From contig NC_068981.1 in assembly GCF_001194135.2 (NCBI RefSeq), positions 153,850,280 through 153,895,757 on the forward strand: DNA of 45,478 bases. Direction: 5' to 3'. This DNA is from Octopus bimaculoides (lineage: Eukaryota). This document shows positions 24,655 through 37,243 of this stretch, piece by piece. Position numbers and translations under genes: made by a program. Within the stretch, counting starts at the first letter, position 1, and every line of letters starts with the position of its first letter. Below the pieces are notes generated by a model. That model was not told where the DNA came from, searched no databases, and saw nothing but the letters and a program-made list of their open reading frames with translations.

Positions 24655-24881
24655 ACAGGTTACATATATTCCTTTATTATTTAACTTGTTTCAGACACAG
24701 AAGTACAGCCATGCTAGGGACACAGTTTGTAAAGATTTTAGTCAACTAAATTGATCTCAGACACTTATTCTATAAGTCTCTCTTATGATGAACAGTTAAG
24801 TTGTACATAAACAAATACATACTAGTTGCCAAGCAATGAGAGAAAAACACAATCATACACAAAATACCCATTCACATGGAA

Positions 24882-24900
<19 letters not shown>
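24655..24900 (-). mobile_element. Tail D SINE segment
   Basis: Reverse complement of 22690-22900. Confidence 0.6.
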
Positions 24901-24916
<16 letters not shown>

Positions 24917-24917
24917 A

Positions 24918-25126
24918 AATCATCATCATCATTTAACACCTGTTTTCCATGCTGGTGTAGGTAGGACAGCTTGACATGAGCCGGCAAGCCAGAGGGCTGC
25001 AGCAGTCACCAGTTGTCTGTCCTAACATGGCTTCAACAAATGGATGCCCTTCCTAATGCCAACCATTTGAGTATACTGGGTGCTTGTTATATGGTGTCAG
25101 AATGAATGCTTTTTACATGACAACAC
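24918..25126 (-). mobile_element. Family A RTE-type tail
   Basis: (CAT)n then ggatgcccttcctaatgccaacc, the reverse complement of the family A core. Confidence 0.75.
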
Positions 25127-25143
25127 CAAATAATATATATATA

Positions 25144-25523
25144 CAGAGTGTGATGGGTAAATCATCGTCATTTTATATTTTTAATTTCATGCATGCACAT
25201 TGTTTGTTCTTGATGTTGTCGACTACACAATATGGTAGGGTCAGTTGGACACCGTCTGTGAAAAAAAAAAGCACTAAACTGAAGGCAAGGATTATGGCAG
25301 CATTCACCAGCTTAAACAAGGAGACCATCCAGAAGAGTTGCAAGAGATTCCAAAGTTGTCTGGAGGCTGTGGTTGAAGCCATTGGCAATTTTATTGAATA
25401 AATTTACTCTTTAGTATTTCAAGATATTTTTTTATATAATTTTGGTAAATATATCTTTTAAAATGAGATGTCAGTGTTATTTTCATTTTTGCATCATTTA
25501 GACAGTTTATTCACTGCACCCTG
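25144..25523 (+). mobile_element. Internally deleted Tc1/mariner (ITm) element with transposase C-terminal remnant
   Basis: TA|CAGAGTG ... CACCCTG|TA ends; 25260-25401 encodes KLKARIMAAFTSLNKETIQKSCKRFQSCLEAVVEAIGNFIE*, a typical ITm transposase C-terminus. Confidence 0.8.
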
Positions 25524-25660
25524 TAAGTATGTAGTTTAGTTCACTGATGATCCAAATGAATAAGCTGCATAAGTTCTATAATTGGTTATCTGTTAGGTTC
25601 CAAGTTCACAGCTGAAGCAAGGTTCCGTAGTAGGCTTCCAAGTTAGCAGATATATATGAA

Positions 25661-25845
25661 AGGAAGATGAACAACAAAACCAAGGCAGGACGAGTATCTC
25701 AGGTCATTTAGAATATTTAATTAGAGAAGGTGAATCAAAAAATGGAGAAGAATATTTCTCCATTTTTTGATTCACCTTACTTTGATTGAATATTCTAAAT
25801 GACCGGAGATGCTCATCCTGCCTTGGTTTTGTTGTCCATTTTCTT
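25661..25845. mobile_element. Palindromic MITE, Kolobok/T2-type ends
   Basis: Whole element is an inverted repeat centred on 25750-25755; flanks TGAA|AGGAAG ... TTCTT|TTAA fit a TTAA TSD with AGGRR terminus. Confidence 0.6.
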
Positions 25846-26849
25846 TTAATATATATGCAGCAGTCTGCTGCATAGTTTCCATCTATAGAAATCACTGACA
25901 AGGCAGTGGTCATCCTACAGTTAAGATAGAAGATACTTGCCCCAAGTGTAGTAGGAATGAACCTGAAATCACAGTTGCAAAGGGAACTTCTTTAACCAAC
26001 CATACAGCCACATGTGTGCGTGTGTGTGTGTAAATGTATTCAGACATTGAAAAAAAAAAGGTATTGATGCATCATAGTTGTAATAATGCATGCATATGCA
26101 TGTATGTGCATGCACATGAATAAGCATATGCACACCCACTTAAAGAAAAAAACCTAGAAATAAAAATTTTATCTGAAGAAAAGAAAATGATTCCATTAGC
26201 AATCAAAATGGCATGATTGGAATATTTTTCTTTTGAAATATATCTATCAAATTATTTAAAAATTAATAAAAAATAAAAATAAACATAAACTAGAAACTTT
26301 GTTTTTTTTTTGTTCTTTTTCTGACAATATGAAATACCAGAGCAAATAAGAACTGTTAACACCAAAATTGGCATGTTTCCTCGTTATATACAAAAAAACA
26401 TTGACAAGAGTCTTTATATTTACATTAACGAAAGCAAAGCATTTTTCACAACTGAACTATAGGTTAATCTTTGTGTTTGTTTTCATGTGCATGAGTAGTA
26501 CTGCATAATCCTAGTCACTGGGAGAGACGGGGGGAGAGGAGGAGCAGCAGAAGAGAAAGAAGGGAGGGGCAATATATGATGTGATGTTCTGTGAACTCTA
26601 ATAACATAAGTCACTGACGCAACAAATCAACTCATGTAATCATCTGTACTGAATTCAAAGAACAAAATGTGTTGTGAATGCTTCAGATTATAACAATATA
26701 ATAATAATAATAACAACAACTATAAGGATAACCACTGCAATAAATAATGGTAATAAAATAAGAACAAGAATAATGACGCTAACAGCAAGAGCAATAACAT
26801 GAACAACAATCGAAAACAAGAATAACAACACAAAACAACAAGAATATGA

Positions 26850-27565
26850 TTCCTAAGAGGAAATGCACAAAACCAGAAATTGGAGGAGAGTTGGAGAAAA
26901 AGGAATGTAGTCAACTGAATTAATCCCAGTATATGCTTCACTGATACTATATTTTATCAACCCTTAAAAAGATGAAAAGCAAAATCAACTTCAACAGAAT
27001 CTGAACCCAGACCATAGAGCCAATATTCAATTAACACAAGGCGTTTTTTCGGGCACTCTACTAGCGCTGCCACATGCACAGTACAATAACAATAATTCTT
27101 TCTACTATCAATACAGCCTAAAATTTTGGTGGAAAAGGTTAGTTGATTCCATTGATCCCAGTGCTTTTATTGGTACTTATTTTATTGAGCCCAAAAGGAT
27201 GAAAGGCAAAGTCAACTTAGGTGGAATTTGAACTCAGAACAAAACCGGAAGAAACGCCACTAAGCTTTTGTCCAGTACAGTAATGATTCAGCCAGCTCAC
27301 CACCTTTGCTATAATAATAACACTGAAAACTGTTTCTAACATGCATGAGGCCGTGAATTTTGAGGGGAGTAATATTAATTGATCATATCAACCCCAGTCC
27401 TAGACTAGTGCTTTATTTTCTTGAAGCCAGAGAAATAAACGGCAAAGTCAACCTTGGCAGGATTCGAAATCAGAATGTAAAGAAGAGGAAGAAACATTGT
27501 AAGGCTTTTGATCCAATGCTATAACAAATCTGCTAAAATAAAGATTTCCTGTATTTTATGTTTAT

Positions 27566-27599
<34 letters not shown>

Positions 27600-27787
27600 C
27601 CTTTCTATTAAACACACAAGGCCTGAAATTGAGGGGTGAGGGGCTAGTCGATTACATCAACCCCAGCGACATTTGAACATGTAGACAGGCAAGAAGCTGC
27701 CAAGCATTTTGTTCAGCACACTATTGATTCAGCCAGCTTGCCACCTTAATAATGATGATAATAACGATAATGATGATACTAGTACTA

Positions 27788-27829
<42 letters not shown>

Positions 27830-27850
27830 ATAATAATAATAATAATATAC

Positions 27851-27936
<86 letters not shown>

Positions 27937-28380
27937 GTTTAAAATTTTAGTAGAGCCAGCAATTTTAGGAGAAGGGATAAGTTAATGTTATCGACCCCAG
28001 TGCTCAACTGGTACTTATTTCATCAACCCCAAAAGGATAAAAGGCAAAGTCAACCTCAGCAGAATTTGAACTCAGAATGTAAAGACAGACAAAATGCCAC
28101 AATGCATTTTGTCAGGCAAGCTAACACGATTCTGTCAGCTTGCTGCCATAAGAATAATAATAATCCTTTATACTATAGACATGACATAAGGCCTGAAAAT
28201 TTGGGGGAGAATGCTGGTTGATTATATTGACACCAGTTCACAGGTAGGACTTCTTTTATCAACCCTGAGAGGATGAAAAGCAACATCAACCTCAGTGGCA
28301 TTTGAACTCAGAACATGAAGACAGACAAAATGCCATTAAGCATTTTGACCAGCATGCTAACAATTCTGCCAGCTTGTCAC
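26850..28380 (-). mobile_element. Cluster of six head-to-tail family E SINEs
   Basis: Copies at about 26850-27075, 27085-27305, 27320-27530, 27570-27745 (core deleted), 27935-28148, 28153-28380, separated by AAT-rich tracts. Confidence 0.75.
27750..27936. repeat. Compound (GAT)/(ACT)n/(AAT)n trinucleotide repeat
   Basis: Direct reading; source of the poly-T/N/I ORF. Confidence 0.95.
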
Positions 28381-29092
28381 AATAATAACAATAATAATTA
28401 AAATAATAATAAATCATAAAAGAAATCTTGAGCAGAAGGCAAGGATGAATTATATGGGTTCTGGTATCTACGCAGTAAATAAACACAAAAACAATTTATA
28501 ACTAAAGAGCAAAAATTTTCTCAATTATGATTCACTAAATAGTATGGGTAGCCAAGGACATCACTCTATAATCAAGATCACCCAGTCCTCCCCTAGGACA
28601 ATATGGTATAAAGGAAAAAGGAAGAAAGAAAATGAATCCACAATTTTGACAAAAGGTAATTATAACTTCAATTTTTTCCTGCTACCTTTAGAAAATATCT
28701 TTCAGTGCAAACCAACTTTTCCTAGCGCCAACTCGATGTGCCTCAGTGATTAACACTGATACAGAAGCCATTAGTTCAAGCCTTTGCAATGCATGTTTAA
28801 TTTTTCCTTAGCTTTGTTCTCTCCAAGATAACCTAGTTATAAAATAAGTATCGCTCTGAATCAACAAAACAGCCTTTGGAGTAGTCGCCAGACCTGCTAG
28901 AAATAGCAACCAAAACAACCTCATAATTCTCTACACTCTTAAAAAAAAGAGAACACAGGACAGTGTTTGAACAAGATAGAGTTAGATGTACAAGCCAATG
29001 GAACAAACAGGGGTAGCACACCTTTGATCATAAGTCAACTCCATGACAGCTAACCTGGGTCAAACAACACTATATTACTAAATAATATGAGA

Positions 29093-29255
29093 AGGCACAC
29101 AGCTTAGTGGTTAGGGAATTGGACTCATGGTCGTAAGATTGTAGTTTCAATTCCTGGACCAGGCAATGTGTTGCATTCTGGAGCAAAACACTTCATTTCA
29201 CATTACTCCAGTTCAGTCAGCTGGTAAAAATGAGTAATCCTGTGACAGATCAGAA
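29093..29255 (+). mobile_element. tRNA-derived SINE family F head
   Basis: A-box agcttagtggtt, B-box-like gtttcaattcc, then gagcaaaacacttcatttcac. Confidence 0.65.
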
Positions 29256-29739
29256 AGGAATATATATAAACGCCAGAGAAACTAGCCAACTTCTACTATA
29301 GTTCCAGGCAGACCAATGCCTTGTGAAGGAATTTGGTAGGCAGAAACTGCAGGGAGGCCATCGTATGTGTGTGTATGTATGCGTGCATGTGTGTAAATAC
29401 ATGTGAATGCTGCTATTTCATGCTCATCACTGGTTGAGCAAAGCAGTGGTGAGGTTGACATTCCTTGTTGATATTTTCTTTCAAAGACATCTAGAATTTT
29501 TTTAAAACTCCCTTATCTGAAAGCAGCTATGGGTTGACAACATGAAGTTGCAAAATGCTGCCTCCAATAATTCCCAATCCAAACCTTTGCTGGCATGGGG
29601 AAATTGACATCAGATGAAGGAACAAATAGACAACCTTTTATTCTTCAACTACAGAAGTTTAAATTACTACAAGATTAAACTTGAAACACATCCTAATTTT
29701 TTAATTGAACCTACTTCAACTATTCTACACTATGTCACT

Positions 29740-29840
29740 CACATATTCAGTGGTGTGAAAGGCCAGACCTGACCAGTCTGAAGATAAAACAGGTAGAATA
29801 TTTTGGCCAGATATGTCCAGTTTAAATACAAAAGGGTTAA
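29740..29840. mobile_element. Right-end fragment of TTAA-target (piggyBac-like) MITE
   Basis: Ends AAAGGG|TTAA; shares caggtagaatattttggc..gatatg with 38568-38762. Confidence 0.55.
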
Positions 29841-30124
29841 TTAGTGTAAATTCTTTAAGTTTAAATATATCTATTTATTTATAGATGGATAGATAGATAG
29901 ATACACACACATACACAAATATATATACATGCATACATACACACATTATATATCAATATAAATATCTATGCATACACATACATACATATTGCATTCCAAA
30001 ATGTGGTGTGCTTCGCTGTTGATTTACAATGATCTGATGTAATTGATCCCCTCTTTTTTTACATACAAAGATATATAATCACATGCATCCACACGTGCAG
30101 ATATAGGTAAACAAATATTATATA

Positions 30125-31636
30125 CTAGCAGAAATACCCGGCTTTGCCCGGGTTAAAGAGAATAATGAAATCTAAAAACACTGTCTAGACTACTCAACCC
30201 TCAACTGTTAGTAGCTACGATACCATATTTCTACATTAATAACTCTCCAATCCATGCCAACATGGAACATAGACATTAAGTGGAATGCCAGTCTCTCATC
30301 TGGGAAGGCCTTGAAATCAATGTTACCAACTGGGGACTATGTTTGTCGCAGTGATAATAAAAAGACTCAAAGGAGGTCTGCAACAAAATAATTTTACTCA
30401 ACACTTTGCAAGTGAATCAGTGGAGGCAAAGATGCGTCTCATTTACTTGACAATTTATGCACCACATTGCAGAAATCACAATGTAAGTANNNNNNNNNNN
30501 NNNNNNNNNNNNNNNNNNNNNNNNNNNNNNNNNNNNNNNNNNNNNNNNNNNNNNNNNNNNNNNNNNNNNNNNNNNNNNNNNNNNNNNNNNNNNNNNNNNN
30601 NNNNNNNNNNNNNNNNNNNNNNNNNNNNNNNNNNNNNNNNNNNNNNNNNNNNNNNNNNNNNNNNNNNNNNNNNNNNNNNNNNNNNNNNNNNNNNNNNNNN
30701 NNNNNNNNNNNNNNNNNNNNNNNNNNNNNNNNNNNNNNNNNNNNNNNNNNNNNNNNNNNNNNNNNNNNNNNNNNNNNNNNNNNNNNNNNNNNNNNNNNNN
30801 NNNNNNNNNNNNNNNNNNNNNNNNNNNNNNNNNNNNNNNNNNNNNNNNNNNNNNNNNNNNNNNNNNNNNNNNNNNNNNNNNNNNNNNNNNNNNNNNNNNN
30901 NNNNNNNNNNNNNNNNNNNNNNNNNNNNNNNNNNNNNNNNNNNNNNNNNNNNNNNNNNNNNNNNNNNNNNNNNNNNNNNNNNNNNNNNNNNNNNNNNNNN
31001 NNNNNNNNNNNNNNNNNNNNNNNNNNNNNNNNNNNNNNNNNNNNNNNNNNNNNNNNNNNNNNNNNNNNNNNNNNNNNNNNNNNNNNNNNNNNNNNNNNNN
31101 NNNNNNNNNNNNNNNNNNNNNNNNNNNNNNNNNNNNNNNNNNNNNNNNNNNNNNNNNNNNNNNNNNNNNNNNNNNNNNNNNNNNNNNNNNNNNNNNNNNN
31201 NNNNNNNNNNNNNNNNNNNNNNNNNNNNNNNNNNNNNNNNNNNNNNNNNNNNNNNNNNNNNNNNNNNNNNNNNNNNNNNNNNNNNNNNNNNNNNNNNNNN
31301 NNNNNNNNNNNNNNNNNNNNNNNNNNNNNNNNNNNNNNNNNNNNNNNNNNNNNNNNNNNNNNNNNNNNNNNNNNNNNNNNNNNNNNNNNNNNNNNNNNNN
31401 NNNNNNNNNNNNNNNNNNNNNNNNNTTTCATTTTTAAAGTGAAAGTATTTGACATGAGTGTTTTTGTTTCACTTTTGACACGTAATACTTAAATAGTGGA
31501 GGAGATATTATGTTGCCGTGGGCTCGAACTCTGCAAGAAGTTAAACATTCTTTTTGACTAAAACACAACTGGAACCCTAAGTAAGGCATCTGTAAAATTT
31601 GAATGAAATTGGTTGCGTAGTTCTCGAGTTTTAGGG

Positions 31637-31676
<40 letters not shown>

Positions 31677-31701
31677 ACATTCTCATTTTTATATATATAG
31701 A
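30125..31701 (-). mobile_element. Non-autonomous Helitron spanning a gap
   Basis: Minus strand: A|TCTATATATATAAAAATGAGAATGTGTGTCTGTG 5' end; 3' ACCCGG-gcaaag-CCGGGT hairpin 7 nt before CTAG|T; A|T target. Confidence 0.75.
30490..31426. other. Assembly gap (937 N)
   Basis: N run. Confidence 1.
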
Positions 31702-31704
31702 TAT

Positions 31705-31868
31705 ATAAGTCCACTCTGTGGAGTGGTCGGCTTTAGGAAGAGCATCAGCCGTAAAATCCCTGCCAAAACACAGTAGCCTGGGGTAGTCTTCTACCTGGCC
31801 AGCTCCTGTCAACTGTCCTACCCATGCATGTGTGGAAGATGGCCATTAAAAGATGATGATGATGATGA
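31705..31868 (+). mobile_element. Family A RTE-type tail
   Basis: cactctgtggagtggtcggctttaggaagagcatc..cccatgc..catggaa-like..(GAT)n. Confidence 0.7.
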
Positions 31869-32214
31869 CACACACATACAGACACATGTACATACATATG
31901 TAATATACACATACGCATATGTACATATGTATACACACACACATGCATACATATGTATACACTCGTGCATACATATGCATACATACATGTATACATGTAC
32001 ACACACACACATGCATACACATGTATACGCACACATATGTACACACACATGTATACATACACACATATACATATACAGATATGTATACACGCACATATGC
32101 AAACATGTATACACGTATGCACACATGTATACACGTGTGTATTTGTGTGCATATGTGTGTATTCATAAATGTGCATATGTGCATGCACATGTGTACACAC
32201 ACTTGCATATATAT

Positions 32215-32257
<43 letters not shown>

Positions 32258-32275
32258 CATATCTATAGACACACA
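31869..32275. repeat. Degenerate CA/TA/CATG low-complexity tract
   Basis: Direct reading; source of the H/T/Y/M/C/V-rich ORFs. Confidence 0.9.
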
Positions 32276-32604
32276 CTATGCCAAAGGAACACATGCTTAC
32301 ATTCAGAGACATAGCTCTGACAGTGAATTATAAAATCCCAAAGCATAAAGAAAATAATTAATGCAATGAAACATTTCTCAATTACGATAAATTTGAGTTT
32401 TGAAAAATTTACAGAGAACTAAAATTCCACAAATGAAGTAGTACAAAAATAAAATAAGTTATGGTCCACCTACAAAATGAGTATGAAAAAAATTATTTAT
32501 GATAAATACAAGAAAGCACTTCATGTATAAAGAATATTTAGAAAACTCCTTGAAAAGAGTGAAAAATATTCCAGGGTACTTATTTAAAAATATCTTATAT
32601 TACT

Positions 32605-32820
32605 TGTGGTGAGCTGGCAGAATTGTTAACACATCAGGCAAAATGCTTAGTAGCATTTCATCCATCTTATGTTCCAAGTTCAAATTCCACTAAGGTTGAC
32701 TTTGTCTTACATCCTTTCAGGGTCCATAAAATAAGTACCAGTTGAACACTAGGGTCAATGTAATCAGCTTACCCCTTCCCCAACATTGCTGGCTTTGTGC
32801 CAAAATTTTAAATCATTATT
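32605..32820 (+). mobile_element. tRNA-derived SINE family E
   Basis: Head gagctggcagaattgttaac, B-box aagttcaaattcc, core gactttgtcttacatcctttcagggtccataaaataagtaccag. Confidence 0.8.
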
Positions 32821-32969
32821 ATCTCAGCTTTTATTTCACTGTACTAAATAGATTCAAAAATACAATATTTCATATATCAACACTCTGGAATAAATATTTA
32901 TTAGTTTATTCTCATTGAATTTCCTAAAAACCATTCACACATATAGTGTTATCTTGTGAAAAATATATT

Positions 32970-33016
<47 letters not shown>

Positions 33017-33833
33017 ACAGATGTATGTTTGTAACTTTACTCAATTTTCCCTATAATGGTTTCTTTCAACAAGCCTAATGTTTCAATAGGAAAGGGTGTA
33101 GTCAATTGGGTCAACTTTGGCATATATGATACTAATACTTGTGACCCAAGAGGTATGAAAATGGTACTGGTCCCACCCTATAAACAAAATACACTGGAAT
33201 TCATAAAGTTTATTTTTCTTTCAATTCTGTCATTTTAAGACCATAAAAGATTAATGAATCTACCCTTACACTAAAAATTGGGTATCAGCTTTAGCCTAAA
33301 CTCAGATTACTGTTATATAGATCACTTTGTTATCTCAATATTGCTACAAAAGACAACAGTAGAATGGTAGAATCATTAGAATATTGTATATAATACCTTA
33401 TAGTGTCTAGTTACATCCCTTTTGCATTCTGATGTTAAATCCCGCTGGTGTTGACGTTGCTTTCCATTCTTCTGAGGATTTAAGGGGTTGATATAATGAA
33501 CTATACCCTCTCTACAGAAATGTGTGGTTTTGTTTGTAAGTTAGAAATCCTTGTTGCTGAAAAAGACATTTTCCTTTCATCAAAGCTGAACTTTAAAAGC
33601 TGCTAGCTTAACACAGTTATTGAACATGACAGTGAAATTAAATACCAACATAGTATTATAAAATATAAGTCTCATATTCTGTGTTACATAATTACTGTTA
33701 TACACTGTCATAGTCTCTAAAGGAATACTAAAGACTTGTTGCATGATAAAATATCAGTCTTTTTCTTTTCTTTCCTGCTTGCTTTAATATGTATATTATT
33801 GATTTATACATAAAAGTACAAAGGCTGCAAGCA

Positions 33834-33872
<39 letters not shown>

Positions 33873-34449
33873 TACATAGAAACTTACATGCATACATATA
33901 TTTTTGAAGCAGAGGCCTCACTCTTTTACTACTCTAAGTAGAGACAGAGTGAAGTCTTAACTTCAAATAAATGAATAAACTCCAGGACATGTATTGATTG
34001 AATTTTTTTTTTTTTTCTTGTTTGTAAATCCAAATACACAGAAGCACACACAGCTGTGAACACCTATACAAAATCGAATTAAAAACACGCCACATCTTGT
34101 ACCAAGTAAAGCATTCATGCATAAAAGAGCTGCTTCAATTATGTACATAGTATTTAGAAATAAAATAAACATCTTCCATTTCTAATGTACAACAGTAAAG
34201 TACCACACCCTATTTTCTGCATTGTATATGCTGCCACATTTACCAAAGACTGGTCTAAACCATGCAACTACATAAGATTGAAGGAATATGCAATATCTGA
34301 TTGCAACAACTGTATGTGTTAACTAGGGCAACAAGCCCATACCTAATAGTTTCATACAGCTGGCTTTATTTATTAACTGTACCTATTTGTTAGTGGAAAA
34401 GAGTACAATACATACATTAGACTTCACACACTTTTAATCTAAGCATAAA

Positions 34450-34645
34450 ACCAGTGAAGGAGTCTCTGTATAGTCACGCAACCTGCTAGAAACAGCAGCC
34501 AAATCTCCCTACCATCTTAGAAAGAAAGAGAACATTGAATAATGTAAGTCAATATAAACTATGGCTGAGATAGAAAAAATAAATGAGTTGTGTTGGTCAT
34601 TGTTGGAATGCTTCTGATCATAAGTTTGCTTGATCAGGGGCTCAA
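34450..34645 (-). mobile_element. Repeat family G
   Basis: Reverse complement of the 39030-39165 type. Confidence 0.6.
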
Positions 34646-35529
34646 TTCATATTACCTGCAATACAACAGAAATAAACCTTATGCTCAAATCACCACAAAA
34701 TATCCACAAAGCTCACAGGAATCTGAGAAAGCATATTGAAACGGATTCTTTCTTTCTTTCTTCCTATTTTTTTCTCTACTAATAAAAGAAAAAAGGCAAC
34801 AAATCAAAACAGCTCTGTGTTTGAACACTGGGGATATACACAACTACATGGAGATGAAAAGTGGATTGTAACAATTGAACAACAATGCTGTTACTCCAAC
34901 AAAAGAGTAAGAAAGATAACGCGATTGAAGTAAAAGACTGAGGAACAAAACAAAAGAAAACAAGCTGGAAGAAGAATAGCAAGAGAGGATATAGGCAGAC
35001 CAGCATTTTCTGTAGAAGAAATTATGAGATTGTATAAAGTAATGCGGGTATTAAGAGAGGGGGGGGGGGTAAAAGAAAAAAATTCTTCTGAGCGGCAATT
35101 TCCTAGAATGAATTTTGGTGAACAACCATTTGATATTAAAAATAAAAGGAGAGAAATTCTTCTTCAAGAAACAATATATTTAATAGAAAATACATAGAAA
35201 CAACAACAGCATAAGCACCACAGGACTTTCAACCTCTTAATATCAATTCCATTCAACAATCCTTTGAAGAGTTCCAATGAAAGTTGTTGAGAAAGAATAG
35301 TGTAGTAATAAACCTGAATGTGCCAACAGTAGCAAAAACAGCAGAGTAATTCCACAAATGTGACTACTGGAATATTGGAGATTTTGTTTACCATATAATA
35401 GAGAGTTCAACTATTCCCATCACCAAGAAAAAAGTAATGCAACAGACCCATATCTTTACAGAAATATCACAAAAAGTAATGCAAACAACAGATTGTTATC
35501 TGGAAGACTAGATGACAGAATATTGGAAC

Positions 35530-35750
35530 AATAAGATCTTTTATCTCTGTCTTTTACTTGTTTCAGTTATTGAACTGCGACCATGCTGGGGCACCACCTT
35601 GAAGAGTTTTATTTATCAAATAGACCAACAGCAGTACTTATTTTTTAAATCTGGAACTTATTTTATCAGTCTCTCTTGATGAACCACTAAATTAGAGACA
35701 TAAACAAACCAACATTGGTCAAGTGGTTGGGGAGGACAAACACACACACA
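35530..35750 (-). mobile_element. Tail D SINE segment
   Basis: ttttacttgtttcag..ccatgctggggcaccaccttgaag.. is the reverse complement of the 22690-22900 type. Confidence 0.7.
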
Positions 35751-35994
35751 TATATACATACATACATATATATATCTCCTCTTTAGCAGCACACCTGTTT
35801 CAGTCCTCATTCTGGTTAACTCTCTCCCTCTCTCTCACTATTTCTTTCTTTCTCTCCCTCTGACTGGGTAACCATGTACACCCTCTACAGCAAGACACAT
35901 GTTTCTGTCTCTCTGTCTCTGTCACACTCTAATTTTCCATCATCTGACACAAGATCACCTCTGCCTATGCCCCCTCTCCACTCAAAAATTCCTT

Positions 35995-36310
35995 GTCTTG
36001 AGAGTTACTTGGTGACCCTGTTAGTGCAGGTGCCACTTAAAAAGCACCTAGTTCACACTGTAAAATCATTGGTATTTGGAAGGGCATCCAGCTGTAATAA
36101 TCATACCAAAACTGACCTCGCTTGTGCTGGTGCCATGTAAAAAGCACTCCATCAACTCTGTTGGGTGGTTGGCATCAGGACAGGCATCCAGCCAGAAAAA
36201 CATTGGCAAAACAAACACAGAAGTTTGGTGTAGTCTTCTGCCTGGCCAGCTCCTGTCAAACCATCCAACCCATGCCAGCATGGAAGGCAGACATTAAACG
36301 ATGATGATGA
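35995..36310 (+). mobile_element. Family A RTE-type tail with duplicated ~100-nt module
   Basis: gtgcca..taaaaagcac..ggcatccagc occurs twice (about 36022 and 36124) before the (GAT)n end. Confidence 0.7.
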
Positions 36311-36321
36311 CAACAACATAT

Positions 36322-36478
36322 ATAAGATGGGCTTCCACACAGCTTTTGTCCACCAAATCACTCACAAGGCATTGATCAGTCTGGGTCTACAACAGAAGAC
36401 ACTCACCTAAGGTATTGCACCCCAAAATCACATGGTTGCAAAGCAAGTTTCCTAGCAAAATAGCCATGCCTGTACCTA
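36322..36478 (-). mobile_element. Family C SINE head
   Basis: Reverse complement of the 1600-1758 type. Confidence 0.65.
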
Positions 36479-36960
36479 TAAAAAAAATTAAAACATCTGG
36501 CTCTCTCAACATACAACCATAATTGAAAGTTCAAAGGGCATGAAATATGTCACTGTTATTATTTAACCTAGATCAAGCAGACCTATAATCAAACATGTAC
36601 CACATGTGACCACAATTTATGTCAAGGACTACATTATTTCCTCTTTTCAAGCTAGCAGGCCGTGACTGAGGAAAACCCTGTAGTACAATCAGTAATATGG
36701 TTGCCTGAAAGAAGGAGTGCATTGAGAGAATTTGCGGAGCATCAGACAAAATACCTGAGGTTCAAATAATTGATCCTTAATGGTTGTACCCTTCGTAGGT
36801 ATAGCCCAATAATAAAAATCAGCTAAAAAAAATGCTGTCTGGATAAACACAAACAGTAAAATATTCCACTTTGTTAAACCCTGGTGCATTTAATGCCAAC
36901 TTTTTCTTCCTGAAATTCATCAAACACATTTTGCAGGCGCTAAGATGAATCTGTAGTTAA

Positions 36961-37182
36961 CCCTTTTGTTACCATATTTCTATTGAAATATGTTGCCTTT
37001 GTTTCAATTAATTCAAGAAATAACAGAGAATTTAATAAAATAACTTTATCGTTATTTTGATTGAGGTTTGAAACATAAATTGAAATGAAATTTTTTGTTC
37101 AGGATTTTAATTTAGATCACTTTAAAATGAATTTTGTATCATAGAAGCAGGAGCGATTTCAGGCAGGTTGGAATCGAAAGGA
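36961..37182. mobile_element. TTAA-target (piggyBac-like) MITE
   Basis: TTAA|CCCTTTTGTTACC ... GGAATCGAAAGGA|TAAA; degenerate TIR and right TSD. Confidence 0.55.
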
Positions 37183-37243
37183 TAAACTAAAGAATGGAAT
37201 TGTTCTTCAATACAATCAGACTCATTCAAAATAATGCATTTAA

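Noticed and set aside
25646-25860. GCAG as a 4-bp TSD of the palindrome
   Set aside because: TTAA|AGGRR ends explain the boundaries better; a 4-nt match is easily chance.
30240-30400. PIF1 helicase remnants in the Helitron (FVAVIIKRLKG versus FAMTINKSQG; VYVPC versus LYVAC)
   Set aside because: The two resemblances are on opposite strands and the spacing is wrong; too weak without an alignment.
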